A stretch of 64,000 bases of DNA, from the NCBI GenBank assembly GCA_013239625.1, contig MU053810.1, positions 6,482,122-6,546,121 of the forward strand, in the 5' to 3' direction. The position numbers were made by a program, and so were the translations under genes. The stretch is from Lama guanicoe (lineage: Eukaryota). Shown piece after piece: positions 14,591 to 27,957 of this stretch. Each line of letters begins with the position of its first letter. Position 1 is the stretch's first letter. The notes under the pieces are model-generated. The model searched no databases and was not told where the DNA came from. It worked only from the letters and a program-made list of their open reading frames with translations.

Positions 14591-16238
14591 AACCTAGTGA
14601 TTTTACATATAAAGGAGCAAATCAACACAGGTAATAGTCAATAATGAGTTTACAAAGCCTAAGAATCATTAGGTTTTAGTTAATATGAGATTATATATTT
14701 ATCTGTATTAATACGAATTAAGAATTTTCTAAAGTAAACATTTGGTCTCCAAACTCTGATCACACATCCCAAACAATAAGAAACTTCTGAGAGAACATAC
14801 TCAATATACATACAACGTTCTATGTATTTCCTGGTGTATTACCATATACATTATGAAATGTTTAAGGATAATTTTAAAGGATGATATTGAAATAATAAAT
14901 GTATTATGAATATTCCCTAGTCAGGTATGGGTATTTCTACACTCCAGTGGCATCTGGGATAATGAATTACAATGGAGCCTCATATACTGTTTAGTGTCTT
15001 TTGGGAGCCTGTGAAAGAATGTTTTACACCTGGTTCCTGTAAACTGGATGGAAACAAGAAAAATTCAGTCCAGAATGTGAAGAAGGAAAAACAAAAAGTC
15101 TCAAAATAAGTGAAAAAGAAACAATGCAAGTAAGCAGAATAAGAGATTCTTGAGCCTGAGAATACTGCATGATTATCACATTAAAACTGGGACACATGCA
15201 TAATTATGAAAGAGTGACAAAGGAAGGTCTTCACGTTTGTTGAATGCTTCTGCGATGACTGTCAAACCTCAAGATCATTTTAGCAACACAACCAACTACT
15301 TCAGAGTTAGAAGGCAACTTAATGATCATAACATCTAACATGTTCATTTTCAGGTTAGTAAACTTCAGCTGGAGAGAAAAATGAGTCTCCTAAGAACAAA
15401 TGGCATTTTTACTTAAATTCTCACAAGAAAATTAGCCCAGAAGATAGAAAAATGTAAAATTCTATTAGAAATGACTGACATAAATTACTTTAAAAGGCAA
15501 TTCAAATTATGAGTTCAGGAGCCCTAGGAAGCAAGGAAGATTAGGAAAATCATCTTGTGCAGGGAGGAGCTAATGGAGTAAGTCACCTAAGTAAACAGTT
15601 ACATAAGCATCTCAAAGGAGAAGATGCCAAAGATGGAAAATTCCAGGCAGAAAGTTGGGATAGAGAGAGGATATTGGAAGGAACAAGAGGCCAACAAGAA
15701 ATCAGGGGTGAACAGAAAGCAAGCTAGAGGAGAGGCAATAATCCATTAAAAGTCAAGGCCACAGGAATACGAAGGAAGCTTATGTTAATAATTTTTCAGC
15801 CCTTTGCTTTGATTATACTGCTGGGGACTTTTCAAGTCCTTCCAACGAGGCTTCCTGGGCCACTTGACGCCTATACAGTAGCTCTATGGCATAAGTAAGT
15901 CCTGTTTCCGGGGAGAGAAATGTGCAGGCTTCACACTTGTGGTCAGGAGAACTCTTGAGTCAAAAGAAACATCAGATATGTAGTTTCCAAACTGGTTCAA
16001 ACAGACCAGATGGCTTCAGGGAACTTGATTTGCCATAACCATTTGTCAAGGCAAAGCCCTTGCTTGACATCTCAAGAGAGCAAAAGGAAGAGCATGCGGT
16101 TTTGCTGTTATTGCTAAGAGCAAAATACTGCAGGAATGAGGATTGAAATCATAAAACTATAGAATTTTTTCAACAGTAGAGGCCAAAAAATTTATTATAC
16201 CATCTAATCCCTTCATTTTGTTGGTGAGGTTAAGACAG

Positions 16239-16653
16239 TGTGATGATTCATTTTATGTATCAACTTGGCTGGGCCATGGAGCCCAGATATTTGGTCCAAC
16301 GTTCTTCTGGATGTTTCTGTGAAAGCGGTTTTTGGATGAGATTAACATTTCAATCAGTGGACTCTGAGTAAAGCAGATTATCCTCCATAATGTGGGTGGG
16401 CCTATCGCATGAGTGAAAGGTCTTGGCAGAAGAAAGCCTGACCTCCGCTGGATAAGGAGTCCAGCCAGAAGATGGCCTTTGGACTCAACTGGCAACTCTT
16501 TCCTGGGTCTTCAGCCTGCCAGCCTCCCATCAGATTTTGGAGTCATCAGGCCTCCACAGTCACATAAGCCATTAAAAAAAAACAAAAAAACTTCTCTGTA
16601 TACCCATACACATCCTGTCTGCTCTGTTTCTCTGGAGAACTCTGACTAGTCCA
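16239..16653 (+). mobile_element. MLT2-type 5' LTR of an ERVL provirus
   Basis: tgtgatgattcattttatgtatcaacttggctgggcc...ctctgtttctctggagaactctgactagtcca, directly followed by internal gattttagtacc. Confidence 0.9.
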
Positions 16654-19165
16654 GATTTTAGTACCGAGGATGGTTGTAGAGGCACAGCATCTTAAAGATG
16701 GGTTTTCTGAATTGGTTCTGGGGTTTCTGTAATTGATCCTCAGATATGATTAGATTAAAAGACATGAATGGCTCCATTTCCAGGAGGAAAGAGAGCACTA
16801 ACAGTCCAAGGCATGACGTGGCAATAGAGACACACAAGATGTCGTCACTGATCACTTGCAATTACACACTTACAATGAGACAGGAGGGAAGGGGACAGGG
16901 CACAGTCGCTCCAGGAATGACAGCAATTTAACACCAAAATGGTAGAAGATTCACCAAAATGGTGGAAGATTCACCCCCTAGTTGGCCTTGAGGAATAAAA
17001 GGTTTGACTACTAGTAGACTTTGAGCTTCATTATATGCTCACTGTAACAGCGTGATCAAATAACATGACCACAGGTGCAATGACAGTCCCAAGGATTAAA
17101 CACAAAAGGCCAAAGAATGGCCCAATTCATGGGAATCCCAGCCCCTTCCCCAGGGCAGTTGGAATGGTGAAGCTACTGGCTCATAAATGCTGACACCACC
17201 ATGCCTAGTTGCCCTTTCCGCTCCCTCCTCTCTGGAGACGGCCCGCACTCTGTCCATGGAGTCTGTATCTACTTTTACTTTAACCTGAGCACCCAATTCC
17301 TACACCTCTTTCCTTGCCTTTCTCGTGCCTTACACTCTGCAGCGTGTATCTCTCTAAATAAATCTCCCTCTACTCAATGGTGGCTCACACTTGAATTCTT
17401 TCCTGCACAAAGCCAAGGACCCACACTTGGCAGGGCACGTTCCAGGGGCTCAAATGAGACCTGGGACACGGCCCTCCTCATGCCCCACATCTGTTTTCCT
17501 GCATCAACAAGAGGCAGAGTTCAGGGTGACCACGCACGTGATATCTTTGAACATTTCCACCAAATGAATGAGAGTATTGACAGTAGCTGGTCGTTTCTAA
17601 TATCGCTGGACAAAGTGAGGAAAGAGAAGGATGATCTCAGGAATTCAAATTCCCAGCTCAAGTGCTATTCAGTGACCTGAAAGCTTCTGTGTCTGCCCTG
17701 AAAGAGACCAGTCTCTCCCATAGCCAGGGAGCTGAGATCGCTGAAAACCAAATCCAGAATCTCACCCTGCAAGTGGCTAAATTATGATGTAAACTGAATT
17801 CCTACCCTCACAGGGTATCTGCTATTAAACTGAAGGCATGAATTCAGAAGAAATAGGATCCTGAAATTTGGGTGTGTTGAAGTCAGGGGCTTTGAACCCC
17901 TAGATTCTGATGCACCTTCTCTGTCCCCTACAGCAAATCTCTAACCCCTTCAGAGGAGATTAAGCTTGCACTCACTCAAGGAAACTATAATGGCCTCCTC
18001 TGATGGAGCTGCCTTACAAGACACTGAGAATTCTCAGGACCCACCCCAACCACCCCTCTTTGCTTCTAAACCTATAATCAAACTCAAGTCCCAGCAGAAC
18101 CCTAAAGGTGAGGTCCAAAAGTCCAAAGAATTACTTAATTTTTCAAACTTATACACACAGGTATTCAGAGACTCCGTGGGGGATGGATATTAAGGGTGTG
18201 GGGTAACAGTAGAAGGAACATAAACTTGAATCAGGCTGGATTTACTGATGTGGGCCCAGTAAGCAGACAGTCTGCTTCTCACATGGCATCTAATAGTTTG
18301 GTTGGTCGCTTGGCTCAGACATGGATCAAAAACTGACCCCAGTAAACAAACTTGAAATGCCAGAATTACACTGGCTTACTCCAGAAGAAGGGATTCAAAG
18401 GCTTAGGAAGACTGTAACGTTAAGGGTGGATTTGTCATTTAAGACCTACCACCCAACATGGGATGGTCCAGAGGACACAACTGTGAGAATAAGTTTTCGA
18501 GGGCAGCCCCGGCATCTCTCAAGAGCTCTGTTATCACTCTTCTCAAAGGCAACTGCTACCCCTGAACTGGAAACCGGAAATGCAGTGGGAGTAATGGACC
18601 ACAGAGTGGCAGGGGCCAAGGGATGACAGAGCCAAAGCAGCGTTCAGAACAGTCTGAGCTGCAAGGACCGATGGTGCTGCCTAACCGATCGTGGTGTTCC
18701 TGAAAGAGAAGCAGACTGGCAGTGATGCACATGTCTTACTTGACCTGCATAAGCAAAACTGTTCTAAGCCAGGTGAACTAAAATCTAACTTGAAACATAA
18801 AAACAGATGGCCATGGCCCCTTGGTCAATGCCAAGACTTGAGCTGGTTTACCTACCTGGAACTCCCCGAATGAAGGGGAGGTTGGCCCCCTAAGGAAGGA
18901 CTCCAGCTCACTACGAAAAATTCATACTGTTAATCTTTCTCACAGCCTTCCCCAAAGGGACTACTGGCCCTTTACCAGAGGAAAAGTGCATGGGGGAAAA
19001 GGAAATAAGCAGACTTTTCTGGGATTAGTGGACACTGACTCTGAACTGACACTAATTCCAGGAGACCCCAAACGTCACTGTGTTCCCCCAGTCAGAGTAG
19101 GGACTTAACGGAGGTCGGGTGAGCAATGGAGCTTTAGTTCAGGTCCATCTCAGAATGAGCTCAGG
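16654..19165 (+). mobile_element. ERVL internal region (decayed gag and protease), truncated before pol
   Basis: Gag-like fragments (WSFLISLDKVRKEKDDLRNSNSQLK; PPLFASKPIIKLKSQQNPKGEVQ; LEMPELHW..EEGIQRLR); protease remnant GLVDTDSELTLIPGDPKRHC at 19022; many stops and frameshifts. Confidence 0.9.
16876..17506 (+). mobile_element. 631-bp solo LTR (ERV1-like) nested in ERVL gag
   Basis: TG...CA ends, imperfect terminal inverted repeat (TGAGACAGGA / TCCTGCATCA), 4-bp TSD ACAA at 16872-75 and 17507-10, AATAAA near 17357. Confidence 0.88.
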
Positions 19166-20329
19166 CTTTTGTTTTGTCATTGTTAATTTAGGAGGTTGGA
19201 ATAAATCAATGATTCTCTATTACATTTGGGTCACAACTACGCAGCGAGTTTTGTGAAAGCTTTATACTTTCTCATCAGGAAATTCACATTCACACAATGC
19301 TTTGCATGTAAGGGATGTCAAACACCTTCCGACATTTCTGTACTTAATACACCAAACGACATTCAAGGTTACCGCCAGCTTTAACATCCAATAAATCTAT
19401 AATATGACACAGGTAGCTGATTCTATACAATTACCACTCCTATCAATACTAATGTGATTTCCCTTGAAAATCTGTTCCCACTCCAGTCCACCTGGAACTC
19501 TCCCTTTCTTTAATATTCAGCTCATCTCTTATAATGGAGACGGTGCAGCGCTATCTCTAAAGGCATCAAGACCATACTGCTCTCTGTCCTTTCTCTACTT
19601 TGAACATGTGAACTATGCACCTCTGCTCTCCGGGCCATTCAATCCTGTATGAGTTTGGATGTGTGTATATATATATACAGAACTGGACCTCAGTTATAGA
19701 GAGCTGAGTATATGTGATGCTCTGCATCTATGCTACAGTATTATCACTGGCCTTTCATCTAATTTTTTCATTCCCTTTTCTCCCCATTGACCTCTCCCAT
19801 TGTCCTGTCTCCTGCTCATTCATAAAAATCTACTTGCTTGAAGTTCTTCAGGAATTTAAATTTTAGAGCTGCAGACTACATCATTTAATCAAAACATTTA
19901 TTTTACGAGAAAAACTGAGAAGGCAAAGAGATGATTCTTAAAAAAAATGGAAGGAAAGTCCTCTTTGGTTCGCCTACAGCTATCACCTCATGGAAAGGCA
20001 GAATTGGTGACTTATATTAACATTTCCAAGCTGTACTGAGCTGATTAGTTTGTTTTTGTGTTAAGGAAATCCCTAGTTATAAAGTTTCCTTTTATCTGTT
20101 GCTAAATAAAAACTCTCTCAAAATGTCTGAAACCTCGTTTTTAACTTCATAATAGAATTTTTTGGTGTATGTTAAGTATGTAATTTATTTGCAACAATTA
20201 AAGACTAAATTTTTGAACATCTCAGAATATAGGGCAGTGTGCATCAATTAAGAAAAAAATACTCTCTAGGATATTTAAAAAGTCTTTGTCTCCCCCTTTC
20301 CATAACCCTCCTTTAAAAAAATTAATCTT

Positions 20330-20838
20330 TAGTTACTTGCAGGATAGGAAGAACCTGGCAGATTGTATCAGCCCATTCCCCCCTTCCACCTAACCCCCTC
20401 CACCCACCCTCTCATGCCTGATTGGATCAAAGGGGCTGTCTGAGCCAGCTTGTCCAACTGATCTCCTTCTCCCACTCCAAATTCCCTCAATTTATGGTGC
20501 TAAAAGTCTGGGCCAGTTAGCTGTTGGCACTAGACTCATAAGGTCATGAAGGCCAGGAAGGTGGAGGCTGCTGTTTCTGAGAAGCCTTGCTGGGCAACAT
20601 GAAAAGTCCTGAGACTAGTTTGCAGACGCTCAAAGAGAGTCAAAGCGGAGCGATCTGGTTCCTCCAGGGAGAAGTGAAAGGCAACAAGCAGTCCTGGTTT
20701 CTGCCTCCCGTCCTTCCGCCCGTTCCAGCCCCCGCCTCCTGTTCTTCTCATCTACGAGACTGCCCTTTGTACTCACTTCTCTTCGGAGCTGGCTTGGGGT
20801 TCATGTCCTTACAACTGAAGGACCCCTGACCAAGACAT
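20330..20838 (+). mobile_element. Old MaLR (MLT1-type) LTR
   Basis: 3' end ggggttcatgtccttacaactgaaggacccctgaccaagaca is a typical MLT1 terminus. Confidence 0.65.
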
Positions 20839-21309
20839 AGAGCACTGTCCATGATGTTGAACAGCTTAATTCAACTTCAGAAAATGTTCAGTTTGGAACC
20901 CTCGAGCCCACAGGTTCAGGTGGAACCACAAAGGTCTAAAACAAGAGTCCATTTATTCATGGCTTTGCTTTACAAAATGAAAGAATTAAAAATGTCTTTC
21001 CTTTCAAATAAAGGTCACCTACCTGAAGTACAAAGACAAATTCTAGCTGAGGAAAATCTTAATTTTTTATATAGGTATGAAAATTCTAAAGCTCTGCTAA
21101 CTTTTAAAAAATGGTTCTTCCCTCTAGATTTTTTCCCCCTATATATCATTTCATTACAGAAAGCACTAGCTCTCGCATTTTCTAGATTCATAACATTCAA
21201 CTACCAAATATGGATATTTGGTAGATACACGTGTATATATATAATCTTTAGACATATACATAAATATCTTTAGATGTTTGTGCTAAGTCTCCAATTCTAC
21301 TCCAGAGTT

Positions 21310-22800
21310 TAAAGACATTTTTGACATAATTTCTACCTTAGAGAAAAGCTTGCAAGAGAAGTACAAATTATTTACTTTCCTGAACCATTTAAGTATGTAA
21401 GTATGTAAACAAGTTGCCCTTTTACCCCCAAATACTTTTGTGTATGATTGCTACAAGCAAGGACATTCCCCTACTACGTACCTATAATACAACTAATAAA
21501 ATCAGGAAATTTAACACTGACACATTTCTACCATCTAGACTACAGATGCCATTCAAAGTTCACCAATTGTCCCAGTTATGTCCTTGCAACAAAAGGATCC
21601 AATCCAGGATCATGGGTTGTGTTGAGATGTGTCACGTCTCTTTGGTCTCCTTCAACCTGGAGGAGTTCCTTGATCTTCCCTTGAACTTCATGACCTTGAT
21701 ATTTTTTTAAGATGTTGGGCCAGTTACTCTGTAGAACGTTCCTGAATTTGGATTGGTCAGATATTCCCTCGTGATTATACTTTGGCAGGAATATGATGGA
21801 CGGACGTGAAGTCTTCTCATTGCACCCTGTCGGGTGGAATGTGATCTCCATTCCTCGCATCACTGCTTGTATGCACTCTGTTCACTTGATTCAGTTTGTG
21901 TCTGCCAGCCTTCTCTGCGAAGTTTCTCCTTTTCTTTTGTAATTAAGTATTTTGTGGGACGTCTTTTGTGACTACATAAATATCCTATTTCTAATCAAAA
22001 CTTAACCCACTAGTTTAGCATCCACTGAAGTTTTTGGATGAATTACTTATTACTATGATGGTTGCCAAATGATAATCCTAAAACTTTCATTATTCTTTTT
22101 TACTCCTCCTCCTCCTTAGTTACCATTCTTCTTTAAAAGAAAATAGCTTTTGCTTTTTTCCATTCATTTATTGATGTGTATAAGTATGCAAGCATGAATG
22201 AATGGATTTCTACTTTATTCAAGAGATACCACTGTTACCATCATTATTATTATTCTGATGCTCAAATTGTCCCAGATTTGGTCAGGGAGAATTGCTTCAG
22301 TCTGCCTTCTGTGTCCCTTTGGCATTGTCTCCATCATTCTTTCATTTCCTTACTTTTTGGCACATTAAGTTCCAGGTTCATTTTGTAAAGCCATAAAAAC
22401 CAGCTTTTCTCCAAGAACCCTTGTTTCCTATTAGTTGAGAACTGTATTTAAAAACTAACATCTAGGGGCTTCATGTGCTCGCTCTTGGGGCATCAAGCTT
22501 GAAAGTCCTTTTAGTGGAAGTAGCTGGATAACCTGTACAGAGACACACACACACACCATACACAACACACCCCACATACATCTCACATCATATTAACTTT
22601 TATATCCCTCTCTACATATTGATAACGGGAAGCTCACACTAATACTTCCAATTCCAATCCAACATCACTGGGCTCAGTTTTCTCCCTTTCCACATCTGTA
22701 ATTCTCATCTCTAATAGTAAGAAACCTCATTATATTTCCTGGCCGTATTAAGCCCCCTTTATGTAATCTATCCCATCTCCATCTTGACCCCTATGCAGAT
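21310..22800 (-). mobile_element. Old L1MC-type 3'UTR
   Basis: ttacccccaaatactt...caaggacattc...atcaggaaatttaacactga...gatgctcaaattgtcccagatttgg motifs. Confidence 0.8.
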
Positions 22801-24027
22801 GCAGGCTCTGACAACCTGACTGGGGTCACCACCATCCCCCTGGACAAATATCCTTGGGGATGCAACACCCCATGCAGAGCCACCACGGCCACCACCCTCC
22901 CAGCGTGGCCACCTTCCTCATCTGTCTCAGGCCCAAAGCACGTGCCAAGCTGCTCCCTGGGTCCCACACTTGCTCAGGCCCATCTAATGGCTTTAGTTCT
23001 GAATTATTCCAGAGGAAAGGAAGGGATGAAGGGAACGCCGTGGTTTTTAAGTTCAGGTGTACCTGCCTCACTTGATGCTACAGAAGCAGGCTGTTAATAA
23101 ATAAATCACAACTTCTCTTTGACCTACATTACTCATTGGGGATTTGGTCTAAAATTTGGTCCTGTGGGTAATAAGAGATTTAAAGCCATAAAATATTCTG
23201 TCATGAGAACGTGTCTAAATAAATCACAAGAAGTACATCCCGTACTTCCATATTGAAATGCTAACTATTCTATTAGAAACGAAGGTCTCCAGAGAGAAAT
23301 CTATAGAAATGAGAACTGAGAACTGCCCTTTAAATTTAGTCTCTCTTCCATTTTCTATCCCAAATAAGGACTGCTTTTTCAGACATTACCTGACTTGCCG
23401 AAAGGGGTTTATTTCCTGGGAGGTCACATTATTTATCAACTGAGCATACACAAGTGACTGCTGATGTGTTTCATTAACAACGTCTGCAAGCTCACTTGTC
23501 TTTTTAGTCTCTGAGGTGTCTAGTGGTTTCATGTAAAAGCCTAGCCCACTTAACAAAAAAGTAAGATTTTCTTGAAGGCTGTATTCATAACATATCAGCA
23601 AACTGGATCTTACTTTTAGTGCAGCTAAATAGCTAGATTAATTTAAAGTTAATGCCCAATTTACTCCAGCAATGGGCTAATTTATTTTAAGCAGAAAGAA
23701 GCACCTATTTTGAGAACTCAGATTTTTGTTATTTAGCAACTATTTAAATAAAGTATTTATTTACTATTTATTAAGTACCTACTATATGACCAACACTGAG
23801 CTAAGGGTGAGATGAGAGTATTTTTTCATGATTTTGGTGATAGCTCAGATTTTTTTAAATTACAAACTGTCAATAATTATACTGGGTCGTCCACCTGTAT
23901 CACCCCGTTTACTCTCCACAGCCATCAACTGTATGAGGTACAAACTGTTCTTTATCATACCTGATGTCCCTGGAGACTCTGAGTGACCTTCTCAAGGTCA
24001 CACAATTGTATGGGAAGTTCTGCCTCC

Positions 24028-24306
24028 CATTCATTCATGTATTCAGGAGTATTCACTGAGCATTTCCAATGCGTCAGGCAATGTTCGGTTCTAGGGACAG
24101 AGTGACAGGCCAAACACAGACCCTGGTGTCATGAAGCTTACAGCTCAGCAAGGAAGGTACGCGAATTAAACAGATGATTACAATCAAGTGTGACAACTGG
24201 TTGGCTAGAGAAAGTAGAGCGTGGGGGGGGGGGACCAGCCAGGCAGACAGAAGTTAGCTGGGTGCAGGGCTGAGGGGAAGTTTCCATGCAAGGAAAGCAT
24301 CATGTT
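24028..24306 (-). mobile_element. L2 3' end (left part of a split L2)
   Basis: cattcattca...ttcactgagcattt...caggcaatgttc..ttctagggacagagtgac...catgaagcttaca. Confidence 0.75.
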
Positions 24307-25192
24307 TGTAACGGGTCACAAAGTTCAATGACACTAATAAGATACACAGACAAACCATAATGGTAATTTTCTTCATTCTGCCTCTAACTATTATGGCGTC
24401 TCCCTGTGCCCCTCCCCGCTGGCTGGGAGAAGTAAAGATCCAAGCCCTAAGTCCTTTTAGATGGAGTTCAGTCTCTCGGATGGAAGTGCCTGCTCCATCC
24501 CTCGACTGGCACCCTTCCTTCTTCTCCCCTGAAGACAGTACTGTCTGTGAGGGATGAGGGGTGGCTTCTACGACCTTGAGGCAAGGAGAAGAGAGAGGGT
24601 TCTCGGGTGTGGTAGGTCTCTGGTCCCTGGGGCCATGTGCCTTTGTCTGACCTTCTGATGGTGCCCCCTTGGCCTCCCATGCCAGCGTCTGCATCCGGTG
24701 AGCTGTGGCCTGTTCTCATGCAGGCAGGGCTTCCTGAAGAGCCTCCTGGCAGACCGGGGCTCAGGTTGGCCTCGGCTAGGGAGGAGAAGGCTTGGAGGTC
24801 TGGCTGGGACTCCTACTCAGACCTGGCCCAGGTGATCTGCTCTGTGTCTCACTCTCCATCCTGAGCAACTCCCTGGAGAATCTCCCCTGCCAGATTCACA
24901 GTGGCTTCTGGTTTTCTGGGAACAAAGGGTAGCAGTTTGGAGAAGCGCGGCTTGAGCGCTTCCTCTACGCAATGACTCCACACCTCCAGGCAAGGCTGGT
25001 GCGGCTCACGCAGTCTGGACCACGACTCTGCGGTGGCTTACTCTGGATGACAGCTGGGGGAAGGGTGAGGGTGAATCCTTTCTGTCCTTGTTGTCACCTT
25101 CACTTCTGAAAAGCTCATCTCACCGTCCAGCCTCTTGCTCTGTTTCACCTTTCACAGTTACCTGAGAATTCCCTCTTCTGCTCTCTCTTACA
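24307..25192 (-). mobile_element. 886-bp ancient solo LTR, Gypsy-like (MamGypLTR/LTR88-type)
   Basis: TGTAA...TTACA terminal inverted repeat, GC-rich body, minus-strand end gtgacccgttaca; interrupts an L2. Confidence 0.6.
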
Positions 25193-25640
25193 GGAAACCC
25201 TGCGATGTAGCCCTGGAATTTCCCTCTCCTTACGCCAAGCGAGTGGCAGGGTCAGCTGACCTTTCTGGCTGCAGTGTGGAGAACAGCCTGGAAGGAAGGG
25301 AATGAGATGAGATGCAGGGGGTTCAGGAAAGTGCAGCTGCAGGAGCCCAGGCTAGAGGTGATGGCCAGGACCAGGGAGGAGCAATAAAGATGCAGCCTGG
25401 GGATTTACGACAGAGAAAGAGTTCTGTGACTCGCTGTAGACATGGGAGGTGAAGACAAAGGAAGGCCTAAGATTTCTGGTTTGAGCAACAAAATAAATAC
25501 TAATGACCTTTTTTCTAAGACAAGAAACTCTTGATCTGAGGCAGATTTCCAGGGATGGATGAGGTGGTGGAGTTCCATTCTGGACATTCTGAGAGGACTG
25601 GCAGCCATCCAAGTACAGAGCTTCAATATCCAATAATGAG
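25193..25640 (-). mobile_element. L2 continuation (right part of the split L2)
   Basis: tctggctgcagtgtggagaa...caggctagaggtgatggcc...tttctggtttgagcaac...ggactggcagccatccaagtacagag L2 motifs. Confidence 0.7.
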
Positions 25641-27167
25641 CCTACCGTATATTTTATGAGGTGAGAAATTCAAATAGAATGTATTTTAAAACTCTTCACT
25701 CCCAGCTGTGGCCCTCTCTGAAAATCTGATCCAAATATAAAATGATGACATTGATTTTCAGTTTGATTCTGCAGCTTGTGGCTTAGCACATCTTATTCCT
25801 CCTGCCCTTGAGAAGTCTCACTAGGCCTGCTCGTCCATCCTCGGGTTTTAATTCACGTGGAAACCTTAAACCATCTTAGGCGACCTGAATCCACATCCTC
25901 TTACCAAGGAGAATAGAAATATATGCATCATTCCATAAGCAAACAATAGCATTTCAGTATGAGACACTAGGAACACCTTTAATAGGCAACTGGCCCTCTT
26001 TTCTAATTGTTGCTGAAAGCAGTCTTTAAGTCAATTAATATAAAACCAAAGCTCTCATTTTGTCGGCTAACTTATGACTCCTTTCTAAAGATATGGGAAA
26101 GGCCATTTTATTTATTATCTAGGTGTGTATTTTCATTCACTCTGGATTACTCCGGAAGGTGTCCCAGGAAGCTGCATTTCTCAGAGCTACTGGTTTACCC
26201 CATTTTTCTTTTGCGACTGAAGAAGATGTTTACTTACACTCTTTTTAACAACTTTCACCTGGGCAATATATAGTGTAGCCAATTTTGAGAATAAGGGAAT
26301 TATGAGATCTCAACTTAAATATTCAGTTCTCCATTTGGGTCTGGTGGAGCCAAAATTACTGTCTGAGGAGAGTCATGGCTTTATCCATGGAAGCGTGGAT
26401 AAAGTGAAGAGTGTTTTGTTGCTTTTTTTTTTTTCTTTTTTTTTCAGGAACAGGTTTTTTCTTAGTATCCTAGCCCATCCAGATTGTTCAAATGCACAGC
26501 TCTAAACTCAACTAGCAACACATTCTAGCTGCGTCCCAGTTATTAATCAGGAATTCACTGTCAAGCTCACTGCTGCTCCGGAGTTCTCAAATGCTCAGCT
26601 GCAGGAAAAAAAGTACAAGTGTGGTCATTTGATGGATATCCTATTCAACTTTTCCTGTCTAGATGCCCTGAAGTCCATTCCTGGGTTCAGCCAGATCACT
26701 AGAGTGATACGTACCCAGATATTAAAAAATTAAATTCTAAAGTTAGTCAGTTACCTTCCCTAAGCTTCATTTTCCAAAATGCAAAATGAAGGAAGATTCA
26801 CTCATTCATTCAACTATTACTGAAATACTGTTCCCAAAGCATTAGGTCTATAAAATAGAAGACACGGTCCCACCTCTTAAGGACCTTGGCTATCTGTCCA
26901 AGTATCTTGATCTACATATAAAGACTAAATAGATCATTATAATCCTATGTGATGAACACAAAAATGGAGAAATATAAAGGGTACAGAAGCACAAGGAGAG
27001 ACACCTGACCCAGCCTGAGGCAGGAAGGGGAGAATGACAAGGACACCTAATATCCTGGAATGATGCCGCCCACTCTCACAGGTGCAGTGAATTAGCAGGG
27101 ACCCAGTGAGGGGGAGGGGAACAGTACTGTCACAACTGGAAAACAACCATCCAGCTGAAGAGCAGAG

Positions 27168-27600
27168 GTATCAGCTGTGGTGCCTCTGGCTCTGACACAG
27201 ACCCTCCAAACTGGCTCAATGAATACGGGAACCTATTATCTCACAGGACAAAAGGCCCAGAGATAGGGCAGGTTCCAAAGCTGATTTAGTGGCTGGATTA
27301 TGTCACCAAAGACCCTCTTTCTTTCCGTCTCTCAGGGTTGCCTTTCCACTTGGGACGGAGGAACATCTCAGGATAGAACAAGGTGGCTGCAGACTCACAA
27401 TAAGACACAGAACGTCCCAAGGAAGAAAGAGACCACCTTGTGCTGCCTTCTTAGGATGGAAGATTTCCCCAGAAACGTTTAAAGGGTTCCCCTCACATCT
27501 CAAAATCCTGGATTTGGGCACCTGCCCATTAGGAAAGCCAACAGCTTTAAGGGCCCTGGGCTTATCATTTGGACTTCGTGTAATCATCGGGGGCCCATCT
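27168..27600 (-). mobile_element. Old MaLR (MLT1-type) LTR
   Basis: gtatcagctgtggtgcctctggct...acagaccctccaaactggctcaa...tattatctcaca resembles the reverse MLT1 terminus. Confidence 0.5.
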
Positions 27601-27804
27601 GTTTCAGAAACTCAAGCACACACGCGGCTGCACTGGTGTCACACGCGCAGGCTGGCTGACTTGAAAACAAGTGGCTCTTTCTCCTGGGAATCTCTCATTT
27701 GCCAAATGTAAAAAAATCCCTGCCCTTTCTCACCTCAATGAGATACTGTTTTTTCTCTACTTTCAATGCCTAGAAAGCAAGGCTGATGGAAAATGATCAA
27801 ATCA

Positions 27805-27957
<153 letters not shown>

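Noticed and set aside
17201..18873. ORFs as a domesticated gag gene
   Set aside because: Broken by stops, frameshifts and a nested LTR; the protease active site is mutated
24254..24864. 146-aa and neighbouring ORFs as a nested gene
   Set aside because: They lie within an LTR-like element with TG...CA ends and run into the flanking L2
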